45,076 nt of DNA from Actinomycetes bacterium (GTDB lineage Bacteria > Actinomycetota > Actinomycetes > JACCUZ01), in contig DASTVO010000152.1 of NCBI GenBank assembly GCA_035759075.1, forward strand, positions 1-45,076, written 5' to 3'. Under the pieces are notes generated by a model. The model had not been told where the DNA came from, ran no database searches, and was given only the letters and a program-made list of their open reading frames with translations. Within the stretch, counting starts at the first letter, position 1, and each line of letters opens with the position of its first letter. Made by a program: the position numbers and the translations under genes. Below, in pieces: positions 17,756-26,709 of this stretch.

Positions 17756-18765
17756 TGAGCACGACGAGCAAGGGCCTGAACCCCGCGGTCGGCGCTGCGC
17801 ACGCCCGCATCCTCGGCGTCGGCGGCTACCGGCCGGCGCGAGTCGTGACCAACGAGGAGATCTGCGAGCGCATCGACTCCTCCGACGAGTGGATCCGGGA
17901 GCGCTCGGGCATCGAGACCCGCCGGTGGGCCGCTCCGGACGAGAGCGTCGTCGACATGTGCGTGGCCGCCGCGGGCAAGGCGATCGCCCAGGCCGGCATC
18001 CGGCCCGAGCAGGTCGGCGCGGTGATCGTCGCGACCGTCACCCACCCGTTGCAGACCCCGTCCGCGGCCGCCGACGTCACGCACCGGCTCGGGGCCCTCG
18101 ACGCAGCGGCCTTCGACATCTCGGCCGCCTGTGCGGGCTTCTGCTACGGCGTCACCATGGCCAACGACATGGTCCGCGGCGGCAGCGCCGAGCACGTCCT
18201 GGTCATCGGGTGCGAGAAGCTCTCCGACTTCACCGACTCCTACGACCGCTCGACGGCCTTCATCTTCGGCGACGGCGCCGGGGCGGTTGTTATCGGTCCG
18301 TCGGACGTGCCGGGCATCGGGCCCACGATCTGGGGCTCGGACGGTTCGCAGTACGACGCGATCACCCAGCGCGCGTCCTGGATCGACGTGCGCGACCACA
18401 ACGTCGAGTTCCCGCACCTGACCATGCAGGGCCAGAAGGTCTTCCGCTGGGCCGTGTGGCAGATGGCCCCGGTGGCGCAGAAGGCGCTCGACGCGGCCGG
18501 CGTCACCGCCGAGGACCTCGGGGCGTTCATCCCGCACCAGGCCAACATGCGCATCATCGACGCGATGATCAAGACGCTCAAGCTGCCCTCGCACGTGCCG
18601 GTGGCCCGCGACGTGGCGGAGACCGGGAACACCTCGGCCGCCTCGATCCCCCTGGCGATGGAGCGGATGCTCGAGACGGGGCAGGCCAAGAGCGGCGACA
18701 CCGCACTGCTGATCGGCTTCGGCGCCGGCCTGGTCTACGCCGCCCAGGTCGTCGTCCTCCCATAG
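17755..18765 (+). CDS. fabH: Beta-ketoacyl-ACP synthase III
   Basis: ATG 17755 overlaps the fabD TGA. The gene carries the active-site Cys (SAACAGFCYG), the His (IPHQAN) and the Asn (GNTSAASIP). Confidence 0.92.
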   Translation: MSTTSKGLNPAVGAAHARILGVGGYRPARVVTNEEICERIDSSDEWIRERSGIETRRWAAPDESVVDMCVAAAGKAIAQAGIRPEQVGAVIVATVTHPLQTPSAAADVTHRLGALDAAAFDISAACAGFCYGVTMANDMVRGGSAEHVLVIGCEKLSDFTDSYDRSTAFIFGDGAGAVVIGPSDVPGIGPTIWGSDGSQYDAITQRASWIDVRDHNVEFPHLTMQGQKVFRWAVWQMAPVAQKALDAAGVTAEDLGAFIPHQANMRIIDAMIKTLKLPSHVPVARDVAETGNTSAASIPLAMERMLETGQAKSGDTALLIGFGAGLVYAAQVVVLP

Positions 18766-18768
18766 CTG

Positions 18769-18788
18769 CCGCGCACCCTGGTGCGCGG
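18769..18788 (+). promoter_or_regulatory. Intra-operon stem-loop between fabH and acpP
   Basis: CCGCGCAC-cctg-GTGCGCGG forms an 8-9 bp GC stem starting 4 nt after the fabH stop. There is no U-tract, so it is more likely an mRNA processing or stability element than a full terminator. Confidence 0.4.
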
Positions 18789-18824
18789 ACCCCCACACCC
18801 CAACAGATGAGGAGCTGGAACCAG

Positions 18825-19073
18825 ATGGCCGCAAGCGAGCAGGAGATCCTCGAGGGTCTCGCAGAGATCGTCAACGAGGAGACCGGCATCCCCACGAGCG
18901 ACGTGCAGCCGGACAAGTCCTTCACCGACGACCTCGACATCGACTCGCTGTCGATGATGACCATCGTGGTCAACGCCGAGGAGAAGTTCGGAGTCCGCAT
19001 CCCCGACGACGACGTCAAGGGCCTCTCCACCGTCGGCGACGCCGTCGCCTACATCCAGAAGGGCAGCGCCTGA
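18825..19073 (+). CDS. acpP: Acyl carrier protein
   Basis: 82 aa with the phosphopantetheine attachment motif DLDIDSLSM. A GAGGAG Shine-Dalgarno sequence lies 9 nt upstream of the ATG. Confidence 0.95.
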   Translation: MAASEQEILEGLAEIVNEETGIPTSDVQPDKSFTDDLDIDSLSMMTIVVNAEEKFGVRIPDDDVKGLSTVGDAVAYIQKGSA

Positions 19074-19077
19074 TCGC

Positions 19078-20337
19078 ATGAGTGACTCTCGACTGACCGA
19101 CTCCCAGCGCGTGGTGGTCACCGGTCTCGGCGCGACGACGCCGGTCGGCGGGGACGTCGCCTCGACCTGGTCGGCCATGCTGGCCGGGCGGTCGGGCGTG
19201 AAGGTGCTCACCGAGGACTGGGTCGACATGCTGCCGGTGCGCATCGCCGCGCCGGTGGCTGTCGAGCCGTCCGAGATCCTGCCGGTCCCGCAGACCAAGC
19301 GCATCGACCGGTCGGGGCAGTTCGCCCTGATCGCGGCGCGCGAGGCCTGGGCCGACGCCGGCTCGCCGGAGGTCGACCCCGAGCGGATGGGCGTGGTCAT
19401 CGCCTCGGGCATCGGCGGTGTGACCACGCTGCTCTCGGCGTACGACACCCTCAAGGAGCGCGGCGCCCGCCGGGTCCTGCCGATGACCGTGCCGATGCTG
19501 ATGCCGAACGGCCCGGCCGCTGTCGTGGGCCTCGAGCTGTCGGCACGTGCGGGGGTGCACACCCCGGTGAGCGCGTGCGCGAGCGGCGCGGAGGCGATCG
19601 CGTACGCGGTGGACATGATCCGGTCCGGTCGGGCCGACGTGGTCACCGCCGGCGGGACCGAGGCGGCGATCCATGCGCTGCCGCTCGCGGGCTTCGCGGC
19701 CATGCAGGCCCTCTCGACGCGAAACGACGAGCCCGAGCGCGCGTCGCGGCCCTACGACAAGGGCCGGGACGGTTTCGTGCTCGGCGAGGGCGCAGGCGTG
19801 GTGGTGCTCGAGACGCTCGAGCACGCTCGCGCTCGTGGCGCCACCATCTACGGCGAGGTCGCCGGCGCCGGCATCAGCGCCGACGCCCACCACATCGCGC
19901 AGCCTGACCCGGTCGGTGCCGGCGCGGCACGGGCCATGGCGCAGGCGGTGAAGGCCGCCGGGGCGACGCCGGCCGACGTCGTGCACATCAACGCGCACGC
20001 CACCTCGACCCCGGTCGGTGACGTGGCGGAGGTCGCCGCGATCCGGCGCGCGCTCGGCGACGCGACCGACGGCATCTGCGTGTCCAGCACCAAGTCGGTC
20101 ACCGGCCACCTGCTCGGTGCCGCCGGCGCGGTCGAGGCCATCGCGACGATCCTCGCCCTGCACGACCGCAAGGCCCCCCCGACGGCGAACCTCGACGACC
20201 TCGACGACGACGTCACCCTTGACGTGGTCCGCAAGGAGCCACGAGAGCTGCCCGACGGCGAGCTGCTCGGGCTCAACAACTCCTTCGGCTTCGGCGGGCA
20301 CAACGTCGCCCTGGCGTTCCGGACGGTGGATCAGTGA
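19078..20337 (+). CDS. fabF: Beta-ketoacyl-ACP synthase II (KasA/FabF type)
   Basis: 419 aa with the active-site Cys (PVSACASGAEAI), the two His motifs (HINAHATSTPVGD, KSVTGHLLGAAG) and the C-terminal NSFGFGGHN. Confidence 0.95.
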   Translation: MSDSRLTDSQRVVVTGLGATTPVGGDVASTWSAMLAGRSGVKVLTEDWVDMLPVRIAAPVAVEPSEILPVPQTKRIDRSGQFALIAAREAWADAGSPEVDPERMGVVIASGIGGVTTLLSAYDTLKERGARRVLPMTVPMLMPNGPAAVVGLELSARAGVHTPVSACASGAEAIAYAVDMIRSGRADVVTAGGTEAAIHALPLAGFAAMQALSTRNDEPERASRPYDKGRDGFVLGEGAGVVVLETLEHARARGATIYGEVAGAGISADAHHIAQPDPVGAGAARAMAQAVKAAGATPADVVHINAHATSTPVGDVAEVAAIRRALGDATDGICVSSTKSVTGHLLGAAGAVEAIATILALHDRKAPPTANLDDLDDDVTLDVVRKEPRELPDGELLGLNNSFGFGGHNVALAFRTVDQ

Positions 20338-21755
20338 CGACGACTGCGGCCCCGAGCGGCGGCAAGGTCAAGGTCGACAAGGCCGACGACCCCCGCAACC
20401 CGCTGACGCGACTCGGCCTGCTCTTCGACGGGGACAGCATCGAGCTGCTCACCGCCGAGGACGACTCGGGCATGCTCGCCGCCATCGGCCGTGTCGACGG
20501 CGCCACCACGGTTGCCTTCTGCTCCGACGCCACGATCCAGGGCGGAGCGATGGGTGAGGCCGGCTGCCAGGTCATCCTCGCCGCGTACGAGCGCGCGCTG
20601 CAGGAGGGCTGCCCGGTCGTCGGGCTGTGGCACTCCGGCGGCGCCCGCCTGCGGGAAGGCGTCGTCTCGCTGCACGCGGTCGGCGAGGTGTTCGCGATCA
20701 TGACCCGTGCCTCGGGCAAGGTGCCCCAGATCTCGGTCGTCCTCGGCCCGGCCGCCGGCGGCGCCGCGTACGGTCCCGCCCTCACCGACGTCGTCATCCT
20801 CGGCCCGGAGGGTCGGGTCTTCGTGACCGGCCCGGACGTGGTCCGCTCGGTGACCGGCGAGGACGTGGACGCGCTGCGCCTGGGCGGCCCGGAGCCGCAC
20901 GGCCGGCGCTCCGGCGTGGTGCACGTGGTCGCCGAGAGCCAGGAGGCCGCCTACGGAGAGGCGCGCCGGCTGGCTGCCCTGCTCGGCGACCAGCGCGAGC
21001 TCGGCGAGGTCGAGGACCGCGACCTGTCGGAGTACCTGCCCGACTCGCCGAAACGGGCCTACGACGTGCACCCGATCGTTGAGCACCTGCTCGACGAGGG
21101 CTCCTCGCTCGAGCTGCACCCCAAGTGGGCCCCGAACGTCACGACGACGCTGGGCCGGCTCGGCGGGCGCACCGTCGGGGTCATCGCCAACAACCCGCTG
21201 CGGCTCGGGGGCTGCCTGGACTCCGCGTCCGCGGAGAAGGCCGCACGCTTCGTGCGGATGTGCGACGCGTTCGGCGTGCCGATGGTCGTCGTCGTGGACG
21301 TGCCGGGCTACCTGCCGGGCGTCGGCCAGGAGTGGGACGGCGTCGTGCGCCGCGGCGCCAAGCTGCTGCACGCGTTCGCCGAGTCCACGGTCCCGCGCGT
21401 CACGCTGGTGACCCGCAAGGCCTACGGCGGCGCGTACATCGCCATGAACTCCCGCTCGCTCGGCGCCACCCGCGTGTTCGCCTGGCCCGGTGCCGAGGTC
21501 GCGGTCATGGGCGCGGTCGCGGCGGTGCGGATCCTGCACCGCCGCCGGCTGGCCGAGGTGCCGGCGGACGTGCGGGGAGAGGTCGAGCAGGAGCTCGCCG
21601 TCGAGCACGAGAAGCTGGCCGGCGGGCTCGCGCGCGCACAGGAGATCGGCGTCGTGGACGAGATCGTGGAGCCGACACGAACCCGTTCCGCGCTGGCCGC
21701 GGCGATCGCCGCCGCCCCCGCGACCCGCGGGGACCACGGCAACATCCCGCTGTAG
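20334..21755 (+). CDS. accD6: Acyl-CoA carboxylase carboxyltransferase beta subunit (AccD6-like)
   Basis: 473 aa. The GTG start overlaps the fabF stop as GTGA. Carboxyltransferase N and C halves are present (GGAMGEAG..; ..RKAYGGAYIAM). Its position after the KAS gene matches the mycobacterial fasII operon. Confidence 0.9.
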   Translation: MTTTAAPSGGKVKVDKADDPRNPLTRLGLLFDGDSIELLTAEDDSGMLAAIGRVDGATTVAFCSDATIQGGAMGEAGCQVILAAYERALQEGCPVVGLWHSGGARLREGVVSLHAVGEVFAIMTRASGKVPQISVVLGPAAGGAAYGPALTDVVILGPEGRVFVTGPDVVRSVTGEDVDALRLGGPEPHGRRSGVVHVVAESQEAAYGEARRLAALLGDQRELGEVEDRDLSEYLPDSPKRAYDVHPIVEHLLDEGSSLELHPKWAPNVTTTLGRLGGRTVGVIANNPLRLGGCLDSASAEKAARFVRMCDAFGVPMVVVVDVPGYLPGVGQEWDGVVRRGAKLLHAFAESTVPRVTLVTRKAYGGAYIAMNSRSLGATRVFAWPGAEVAVMGAVAAVRILHRRRLAEVPADVRGEVEQELAVEHEKLAGGLARAQEIGVVDEIVEPTRTRSALAAAIAAAPATRGDHGNIPL

Positions 21756-21764
21756 CGGGAGCGG

Positions 21765-22262
21765 TCAGACCACCTGGTGCAGCCAGCGGACGGGGGCACC
21801 GTCGCCGGCGTGCCGGAACGTCTCGAGCTCGTCGTCCCAGGCCTTGCCGAGCAGCGCCTGCATCTCGGCGACGACGTCGGTCGCCGGGTCGGCCGCCGCA
21901 CGGGCCAGCGCCGCGCGCAGCCGGTCCTCACGGACCACGATGTCGCCGTGCACCCCGGTGGTGGCGTGGAAGAGCCCGAGGGACGGCGTGGAGGACCACC
22001 GCTCTCCCTCGGCGCCCGCGCTGGGCTCCTCGGTCACCTCGAAGCGCAGGTGGGTCCAGTCGCGCAGCGCGGAGGCGAGCCGGGCGCCGGTGCCCGCCTC
22101 GGCCTGCCAGGACAGCTCCGCGCGCACGGCGCCGGGTGCGGCCGGCTGCGGCGTCCAGTCCAGGGTCACGCGCACGGCGAGGACCCCGCCGACCGCCCAC
22201 TCGACGTGCGGGCACAGCGCGGGCGGAGCGGAATGGACGTACACAACGCCACGGGTCGCCAC
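21765..22262 (-). CDS. DUF3145 family protein
   Basis: 165 aa with GVVYVHSAPPALCPHVEWAVGGVL..LDWTPQP..RFEVTEEPS, the characteristic conserved actinobacterial sequence. Confidence 0.8.
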   Translation of the reverse strand: MATRGVVYVHSAPPALCPHVEWAVGGVLAVRVTLDWTPQPAAPGAVRAELSWQAEAGTGARLASALRDWTHLRFEVTEEPSAGAEGERWSSTPSLGLFHATTGVHGDIVVREDRLRAALARAAADPATDVVAEMQALLGKAWDDELETFRHAGDGAPVRWLHQVV

Positions 22263-22486
22263 CGGTTCCTCCTTGCATCGACGTGAGGTGCGCCTTCCCC
22301 AGCGGCCTCACCGTGCACCGGAACCGTGACCCGGAGGTGTTCGGGGACGATGATGACACATCCGTCACTTCAGCACCAGAACATCTCATGGTGAAGTCCG
22401 GCTGCCCCGGCGCCGATAGGACAACGGGCGGGCGACGTGGACCCGCCGCCGACGGAAGGCCAGGCGTGCACAACCCCGAGCTCCTG

Positions 22487-22891
22487 ATGGCCGAGGCGTA
22501 CGACGAAGGCGTCGTCTCCGAGGTGATCCGGCCGGCGGCGATCATCCCGGAGGAGTCCGCCCGGGCTGTTCTCGTCGAGCTGGCGCTGCGCGACGTGCAG
22601 AACGGCGGCGTCTGGCAGTCCGAGCCGTCGCTGTGGAGCCGCTACGACCGCCCCTGGGAGGGCTACGGCGCCCCCGGCGGGGCCGAGCTGATCGGGACGA
22701 TCCAGGTCGCCTACGGCACCCCGACCCGGTACGAGATCACCATCTACCGGGTCACGGTGACCCGGTTCGGCACCACCCAGGGCTGGACCGTCGAGTCGCT
22801 GTGCAACGAGGCGCTCGGATTCGGCAACCTGGACCTGGCCGGCTGCCCGCGGGCAACCCTGAACGCACCCCCCAAGCCGTTCCGCTTCTGA
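22487..22891 (+). CDS. Hypothetical protein
   Basis: This is the terminal 134 aa of the long +ORF, MAEAYDEGVVSEV...TIYRVTVTRFGTTQGWTVESLCNEALGF. Codon bias looks coding. Alternative start is ATG 22388. No family recognised. Confidence 0.5.
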   Translation: MAEAYDEGVVSEVIRPAAIIPEESARAVLVELALRDVQNGGVWQSEPSLWSRYDRPWEGYGAPGGAELIGTIQVAYGTPTRYEITIYRVTVTRFGTTQGWTVESLCNEALGFGNLDLAGCPRATLNAPPKPFRF

Positions 22892-23011
22892 CCCGACCCC
22901 TCGCTCTGACCTGCGCCGACGTCATCGCACTACGCCCAGAGGCGGTTGTGAGCCGCGGTGCCGCCACGTAGCCTCGAGAGCACGACGACCTGCCAGCCGA
23001 CGGGGCGCACC

Positions 23012-23476
23012 ATGGACCCACTCCTGCGTCTGCACACCGCGGTGCTCGAGGACGTCGTGGTCGTGCGCTGTCACGGCGAGCTCGACCTGTCCTCCGGCAC
23101 CGGGCTGCTCGACGGCCTCGCGCCGGCCGTCGCGCTCGCCGACCACGCCGTCGTGCTCGACCTCAGCGACCTGGTCTTCATCGACTGCGCCGGCGCGTCC
23201 AGCCTGGTGGCCGCGCGCACGGAGATCGCCCGGTGCGGGATCGAGGTGGTCCTGGCGGCCCCGAGCCGGCCGGCGGCACGGTTGCTGAGCCTCACCGGCA
23301 CCGGCGAGCTCATCCCGATCTTCCCCACCGTCCGGCAGGCGGTGAACAAGTTCCACCGGGTGAGCAGCGCGACGGGCAGCCCCGACCCGACGAGCCGGAC
23401 CCCTCGCGTACGGCCGCGGGTCCCGCCGCCGCGCGGCCCCCGGCCGGCTAGTTCGCGGCGCCGACCTCGACGGTGA
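23012..23476 (+). CDS. STAS-domain protein (anti-sigma-factor antagonist-like)
   Basis: ATG 23012. The sequence VVVRCHGELDLSSGTGLLDGL...VVLDLSDLVFIDCAGASSLV is the STAS pattern. It is followed by a Pro/Arg-rich tail that overlaps the convergent gene by 29 nt. Confidence 0.75.
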   Translation: MDPLLRLHTAVLEDVVVVRCHGELDLSSGTGLLDGLAPAVALADHAVVLDLSDLVFIDCAGASSLVAARTEIARCGIEVVLAAPSRPAARLLSLTGTGELIPIFPTVRQAVNKFHRVSSATGSPDPTSRTPRVRPRVPPPRGPRPASSRRRPRR

Positions 23477-24050
23477 GAGACCTGCTGACCTGCTCCTCGG
23501 CGGGGGTGCCCGCCTCGCAGGTGTAGGTCGCGAGGCCCATCACGACCTTGTACCTGCCGGGCTCGCTCCAGGTGTGGGTGACGTCGTAGGTGCCGCCGGA
23601 CGAGTCGGCGGTCGGCGTCCCGGCGTCGCAGCGCGCCATGCCGAGCGAGCTCGTCCCGACTCCGTCGCCCCACTCCTCGGTGGTCCCGCTGAAGGTCCCC
23701 GACCCGTCCGTCCACCGGACGGTCAAGGTCGTCTCCTCGCCGGCGACGACACGGGCCGGCACGGCCACGGTCATCCCGAGTGGGGCCGGGCCGGCCGGTC
23801 TCGCGGCCGGTCCCACCGGCGGCGTCGCCACGACGTCCTCCTCACCACTGGACCAGACCAGGAGCCCCACGACCGTGACGACCGCGACCGCAGCGGCCAG
23901 CAGGCCGGCAAGCAGCACGGGCCGTCGCACGGACCGGCGGCGGGTGGGGTGCGCCGCGGCGCTGTCCGGGACGACGTCCGGTCCGGACCGGGTCACGTCG
24001 AGCTGGGGCTCGTGGCGCACCTCGATGCCGTGGCCGTGGCGTGCGTCCAT
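23448..24050 (-). CDS. Single-pass membrane protein with PKD/Ig-like extracytoplasmic domain
   Basis: Start at MDARHGHG (ATG 24050). The TM helix is VLLAGLLAAAVAVVTVVGLLVW. The C-terminal beta-rich domain has the PKD-like THTWSEPGRYKV. Confidence 0.65.
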   Translation of the reverse strand: MDARHGHGIEVRHEPQLDVTRSGPDVVPDSAAAHPTRRRSVRRPVLLAGLLAAAVAVVTVVGLLVWSSGEEDVVATPPVGPAARPAGPAPLGMTVAVPARVVAGEETTLTVRWTDGSGTFSGTTEEWGDGVGTSSLGMARCDAGTPTADSSGGTYDVTHTWSEPGRYKVVMGLATYTCEAGTPAEEQVSRSLTVEVGAAN

Positions 24051-24186
24051 GCGTCCCTCCCCTGCCGTCCGCCCCCGCAGGCAGGCTAGGCCGTCGTGGT
24101 CACGCAGCGTGTCGGAACGCCGAAATCGGGAGGTTCCCGGCCGGAGCCGGTCACAGTGCGCACGTGCGCACAGGGGCGACCGGCGG

Positions 24187-24570
24187 TCAGTGCGAGGCGA
24201 GCCGGTGCTCGGCCTGCCGCGACGGAGGCATCGGGCAGCAGTCCTCGACCGCGGCGACACTGCTGGTCACGTGCAGCTTGCGCCGCAGCTGCATGAGGTC
24301 CAGCACCCGCAGCACGGACGGCTGGTCGGCCACGAAGTGCACCTCGCCGCCGAGCAGGCCCTGCCGGTGGTGGACGCGGAGCAGGCTGCCGATGCCGGTG
24401 GAGTCGATGAAGGTCACCCCGCGCAGGTCGACGACCAGGCTCTCCACACCCCGGTTGAGCTGGGCGAGGAGGGTGTCGCGCAGGACGGGCGCGCTGGCGA
24501 CGTCGATCTCACCGGTGACTCCCACCACGGTGTGACGTCCGACCTGGTGCGGGTCGAGCAAGCTGATCAT
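24187..24570 (-). CDS. STAS-domain anti-sigma-factor antagonist
   Basis: 127 aa from ATG 24570, with VVGVTGEIDVASAPVLRDTL...LVVDLRGVTFIDSTGIGSLL. Confidence 0.8.
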   Translation of the reverse strand: MISLLDPHQVGRHTVVGVTGEIDVASAPVLRDTLLAQLNRGVESLVVDLRGVTFIDSTGIGSLLRVHHRQGLLGGEVHFVADQPSVLRVLDLMQLRRKLHVTSSVAAVEDCCPMPPSRQAEHRLASH

Positions 24571-24774
24571 CGACGCCCCCTGGTTCCCGTGTCGCCGCCG
24601 GACCTGGGCTCGAGCCGGGCGACGTCCGAGCAGGGTAACCCGCGCGAACGGCGGTGGGAAGAGACCGAGGTGATGGATTTCGTACGCGGGAGAATCGCTG
24701 CTCGGGCAACGAGTTTGATGATCCTCTCCAGTCAGGTCCGGGACGTGAGACGACGAAATCCGAAGGTGCCCTCC

Positions 24775-24793
24775 GACCGGCTCGCAGCCGGTC
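24775..24793 (-). terminator. Possible terminator hairpin overlapping the USP stop codon
   Basis: GACCGGCT-cgc-AGCCGGTC, an 8-bp stem. The downstream U-tract is weak. Confidence 0.3.
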
Positions 24794-25646
24794 ACCGCAC
24801 CACCATCACCGGGCAGTGGGAGTGGTGGACCAGCGCCTGGCTCGTGGAGCCCAGCAGCAAGCCGGCGAAGCCGCCGGACCCGCGGGCACCGACGACGACG
24901 ATGCCTGCGGTCTCCGAGTGGAGGAGCAGCTCCTTCGCCGGCGGGTGGTCCCCCAGCACGACCTCGACCTCGACGTCGGGGTAGTCCACCCGGGCCGCGG
25001 CCAGCTCCTTCTCCACCAGGGCCCGCGCGTCCTCCTCTGCCGCGACGAGGTGGTCGCGATAGCTGCTGGCGCCCTCCTGCCGCAGCGGAACGGTGAACGA
25101 GTGGACCGCCCTCACCGGCGCGCCGAGCCGCTGGGCCAAGGCGAACGCCTCGGACACCGCGTGGTGTGACCGGTCGTGCCCGTCGATTCCCAGGACCACG
25201 GGGCCGGACCGACCGGCCTCGCCGCGGACGACGACGACCGGACAGGCGGCATGCATCGCGCATGCCACCCCCACCGACCCGAGCAGCAGCCCGGCGAAGC
25301 CTCCCAGCCCTCGGCTGCCCACCACGAGCAGCTGCGCGTTCTTCGAGCCCTCGACCAGTCGGGCAGCGGTGTCCCCGGTCACCAGGCGCGAGTCGACGTC
25401 CAGCTCGGGCGCGACCCGCCGCGCAGCGTCCACGGCATCGGCGAGGACCCGCTCCGCCTGAGCCTGCAGCCCTGCACCGGCCGGGGCGCCGGGAGCGGGG
25501 CCGAGGCTGACGCGGTAGAGCGGCCAGACCCACGCGTACTCGACCAGCAGCGGTGCGCCCCGACGCACCGCCTCGCCCGCCGCCCACCGGACCGCCTGCA
25601 GAGCGCTCTCGGACCCGTCCACACCGACCAGCACAGATCTCTCCAC
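24792..25646 (-). CDS. Universal stress protein, tandem USP domains
   Basis: Start chosen at GTG 25646 (VERSVLVGVDGSE). Two USP domains are present, each with G-x2-G-x9-G(S/T) (GSRGLGGFAGLLLGSV and GARGSGGFAGLLLGST). Confidence 0.85.
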   Translation of the reverse strand: MERSVLVGVDGSESALQAVRWAAGEAVRRGAPLLVEYAWVWPLYRVSLGPAPGAPAGAGLQAQAERVLADAVDAARRVAPELDVDSRLVTGDTAARLVEGSKNAQLLVVGSRGLGGFAGLLLGSVGVACAMHAACPVVVVRGEAGRSGPVVLGIDGHDRSHHAVSEAFALAQRLGAPVRAVHSFTVPLRQEGASSYRDHLVAAEEDARALVEKELAAARVDYPDVEVEVVLGDHPPAKELLLHSETAGIVVVGARGSGGFAGLLLGSTSQALVHHSHCPVMVVR

Positions 25647-25803
25647 GTACCGCAGGCTAGGTGAGCACGCGGGCCGCGGCGCAGGGCCGATCACCGGGCC
25701 GGCCGAGGACTTTGGTCATCCCGAGGCCCGCCCTGCGGCACTGCTGAGGGCGGCCGTCCCCCTGTGTGCTGGACCACGGGAAGCCTGCAGACGAGGAGAA
25801 CCC

Positions 25804-26694
25804 GTGGCCGCCGAGACCAGCCCAACCGTCGTCGTCGGTATGGACGGATCGGACGCCGCGCAGGCCGCGGTGGAGTACGCCGCTGACCTCGCGGCCCGGC
25901 GCCGCCTTCCGTTGCGCGTGCTGCACGCGTTCGAGGCCTCCCAGCACGAGCTGATGCCGGCCCGCGGGTGGCACCGCGACCGGCAGGAGGTTCTGCGACG
26001 CGCGGCCCAGCAGATGCTGGACCAGACCCGCGAAGTGCTCTCGATGGCCTGCCCGGACCTCGAGGTGCAGACCCAGCTCCAGCCCGGTTCGCCGGTCCAG
26101 GTGCTCGTGGAGGAGTCACGGCATGCGGACAGCATCGTGGTCGGTCGGCGGGGAGCGGGCGGGTTCACCCCGCTGCTGCTCGGGTCCACACCGTTCCACC
26201 TGTGCGCCCAGGCCAGCTGCCCCGTCGTCGCCGTGCCGGCACCGGAGGTCGTCGACCAGGAGCGGCGGGAGGTCGTGGTCGGGGTCGACGGCTCGGCCGG
26301 CGCCGAGCGCGCCCTCGAGTACGCCTTCCAGGCCGCGGCCGAGACAGGTCAGCCGCTGGTGGCGGTGCGGGTGTGGTCCGAACCCGGCCAGGTGGTGACC
26401 GGTCTGCGCATCTCCCTGGTGTCCGACCGGGACGAGGTCGAGCGCCACGAGGAGGAGCAGCTCTCCTCCGACCTGGCCTCCTGGGCCGGCAAGTTCCCGG
26501 AGGTACGGGTCGAACCGCTGGTCGTCGCCGGCCACCCCGCCGAGGTCCTGCTCTGGCGCGCCCGGACGGCGAGGCTGCTGGTCGTCGGGAGCCGAGGACG
26601 CAGCAGCCTGCGCAACGCCATGTTCGGCTCGGTCAGCCATGCCGTGGTCCACCACGCCAACGGGCCGGTCGCGGTCGTGCCGGCAGCGATCTGA
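25804..26694 (+). CDS. Universal stress protein, tandem USP domains
   Basis: 296 aa with VVVGMDGSDAA.. and ..VVGVDGSAGA. The second domain has the full nucleotide-binding loop (GSRGRSSLRNAMFGSV), while the first has a variant loop (GRRGAGGFTPLLLGST). Confidence 0.88.
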   Translation: MAAETSPTVVVGMDGSDAAQAAVEYAADLAARRRLPLRVLHAFEASQHELMPARGWHRDRQEVLRRAAQQMLDQTREVLSMACPDLEVQTQLQPGSPVQVLVEESRHADSIVVGRRGAGGFTPLLLGSTPFHLCAQASCPVVAVPAPEVVDQERREVVVGVDGSAGAERALEYAFQAAAETGQPLVAVRVWSEPGQVVTGLRISLVSDRDEVERHEEEQLSSDLASWAGKFPEVRVEPLVVAGHPAEVLLWRARTARLLVVGSRGRSSLRNAMFGSVSHAVVHHANGPVAVVPAAI

Positions 26695-26709
26695 GACAAG
26701 GAGCAAGAC

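Noticed and set aside
21125-22891. A 588-aa +ORF spans the accD6 3' end, the DUF3145 antisense strand and the hypothetical gene.
   Set aside because: Most of it is low-complexity Arg/Pro/Ala sequence overlapping real genes. Only the terminal 134 aa (from ATG 22487) have protein-like composition.
23400-23476. The Pro/Arg-rich C-terminal tail of the STAS protein overlaps the 3' end of the convergent membrane-protein gene, which could indicate a missed stop or a frameshift.
   Set aside because: No alternative frame gives a better continuation, and short convergent 3' overlaps are common. The tail may be real or may reflect late termination, and this cannot be resolved from sequence alone.
25706-25719. 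A DosR/DevR-like box (AGGACTTTGGTCAT) in the divergent USP promoter region.
   Set aside because: It matches only about 10 of 14 positions of the GGGACTTTAGTCCC core recalled from mycobacteria, and the right half-site is poor. It is mentioned in a finding as a weak lead only.
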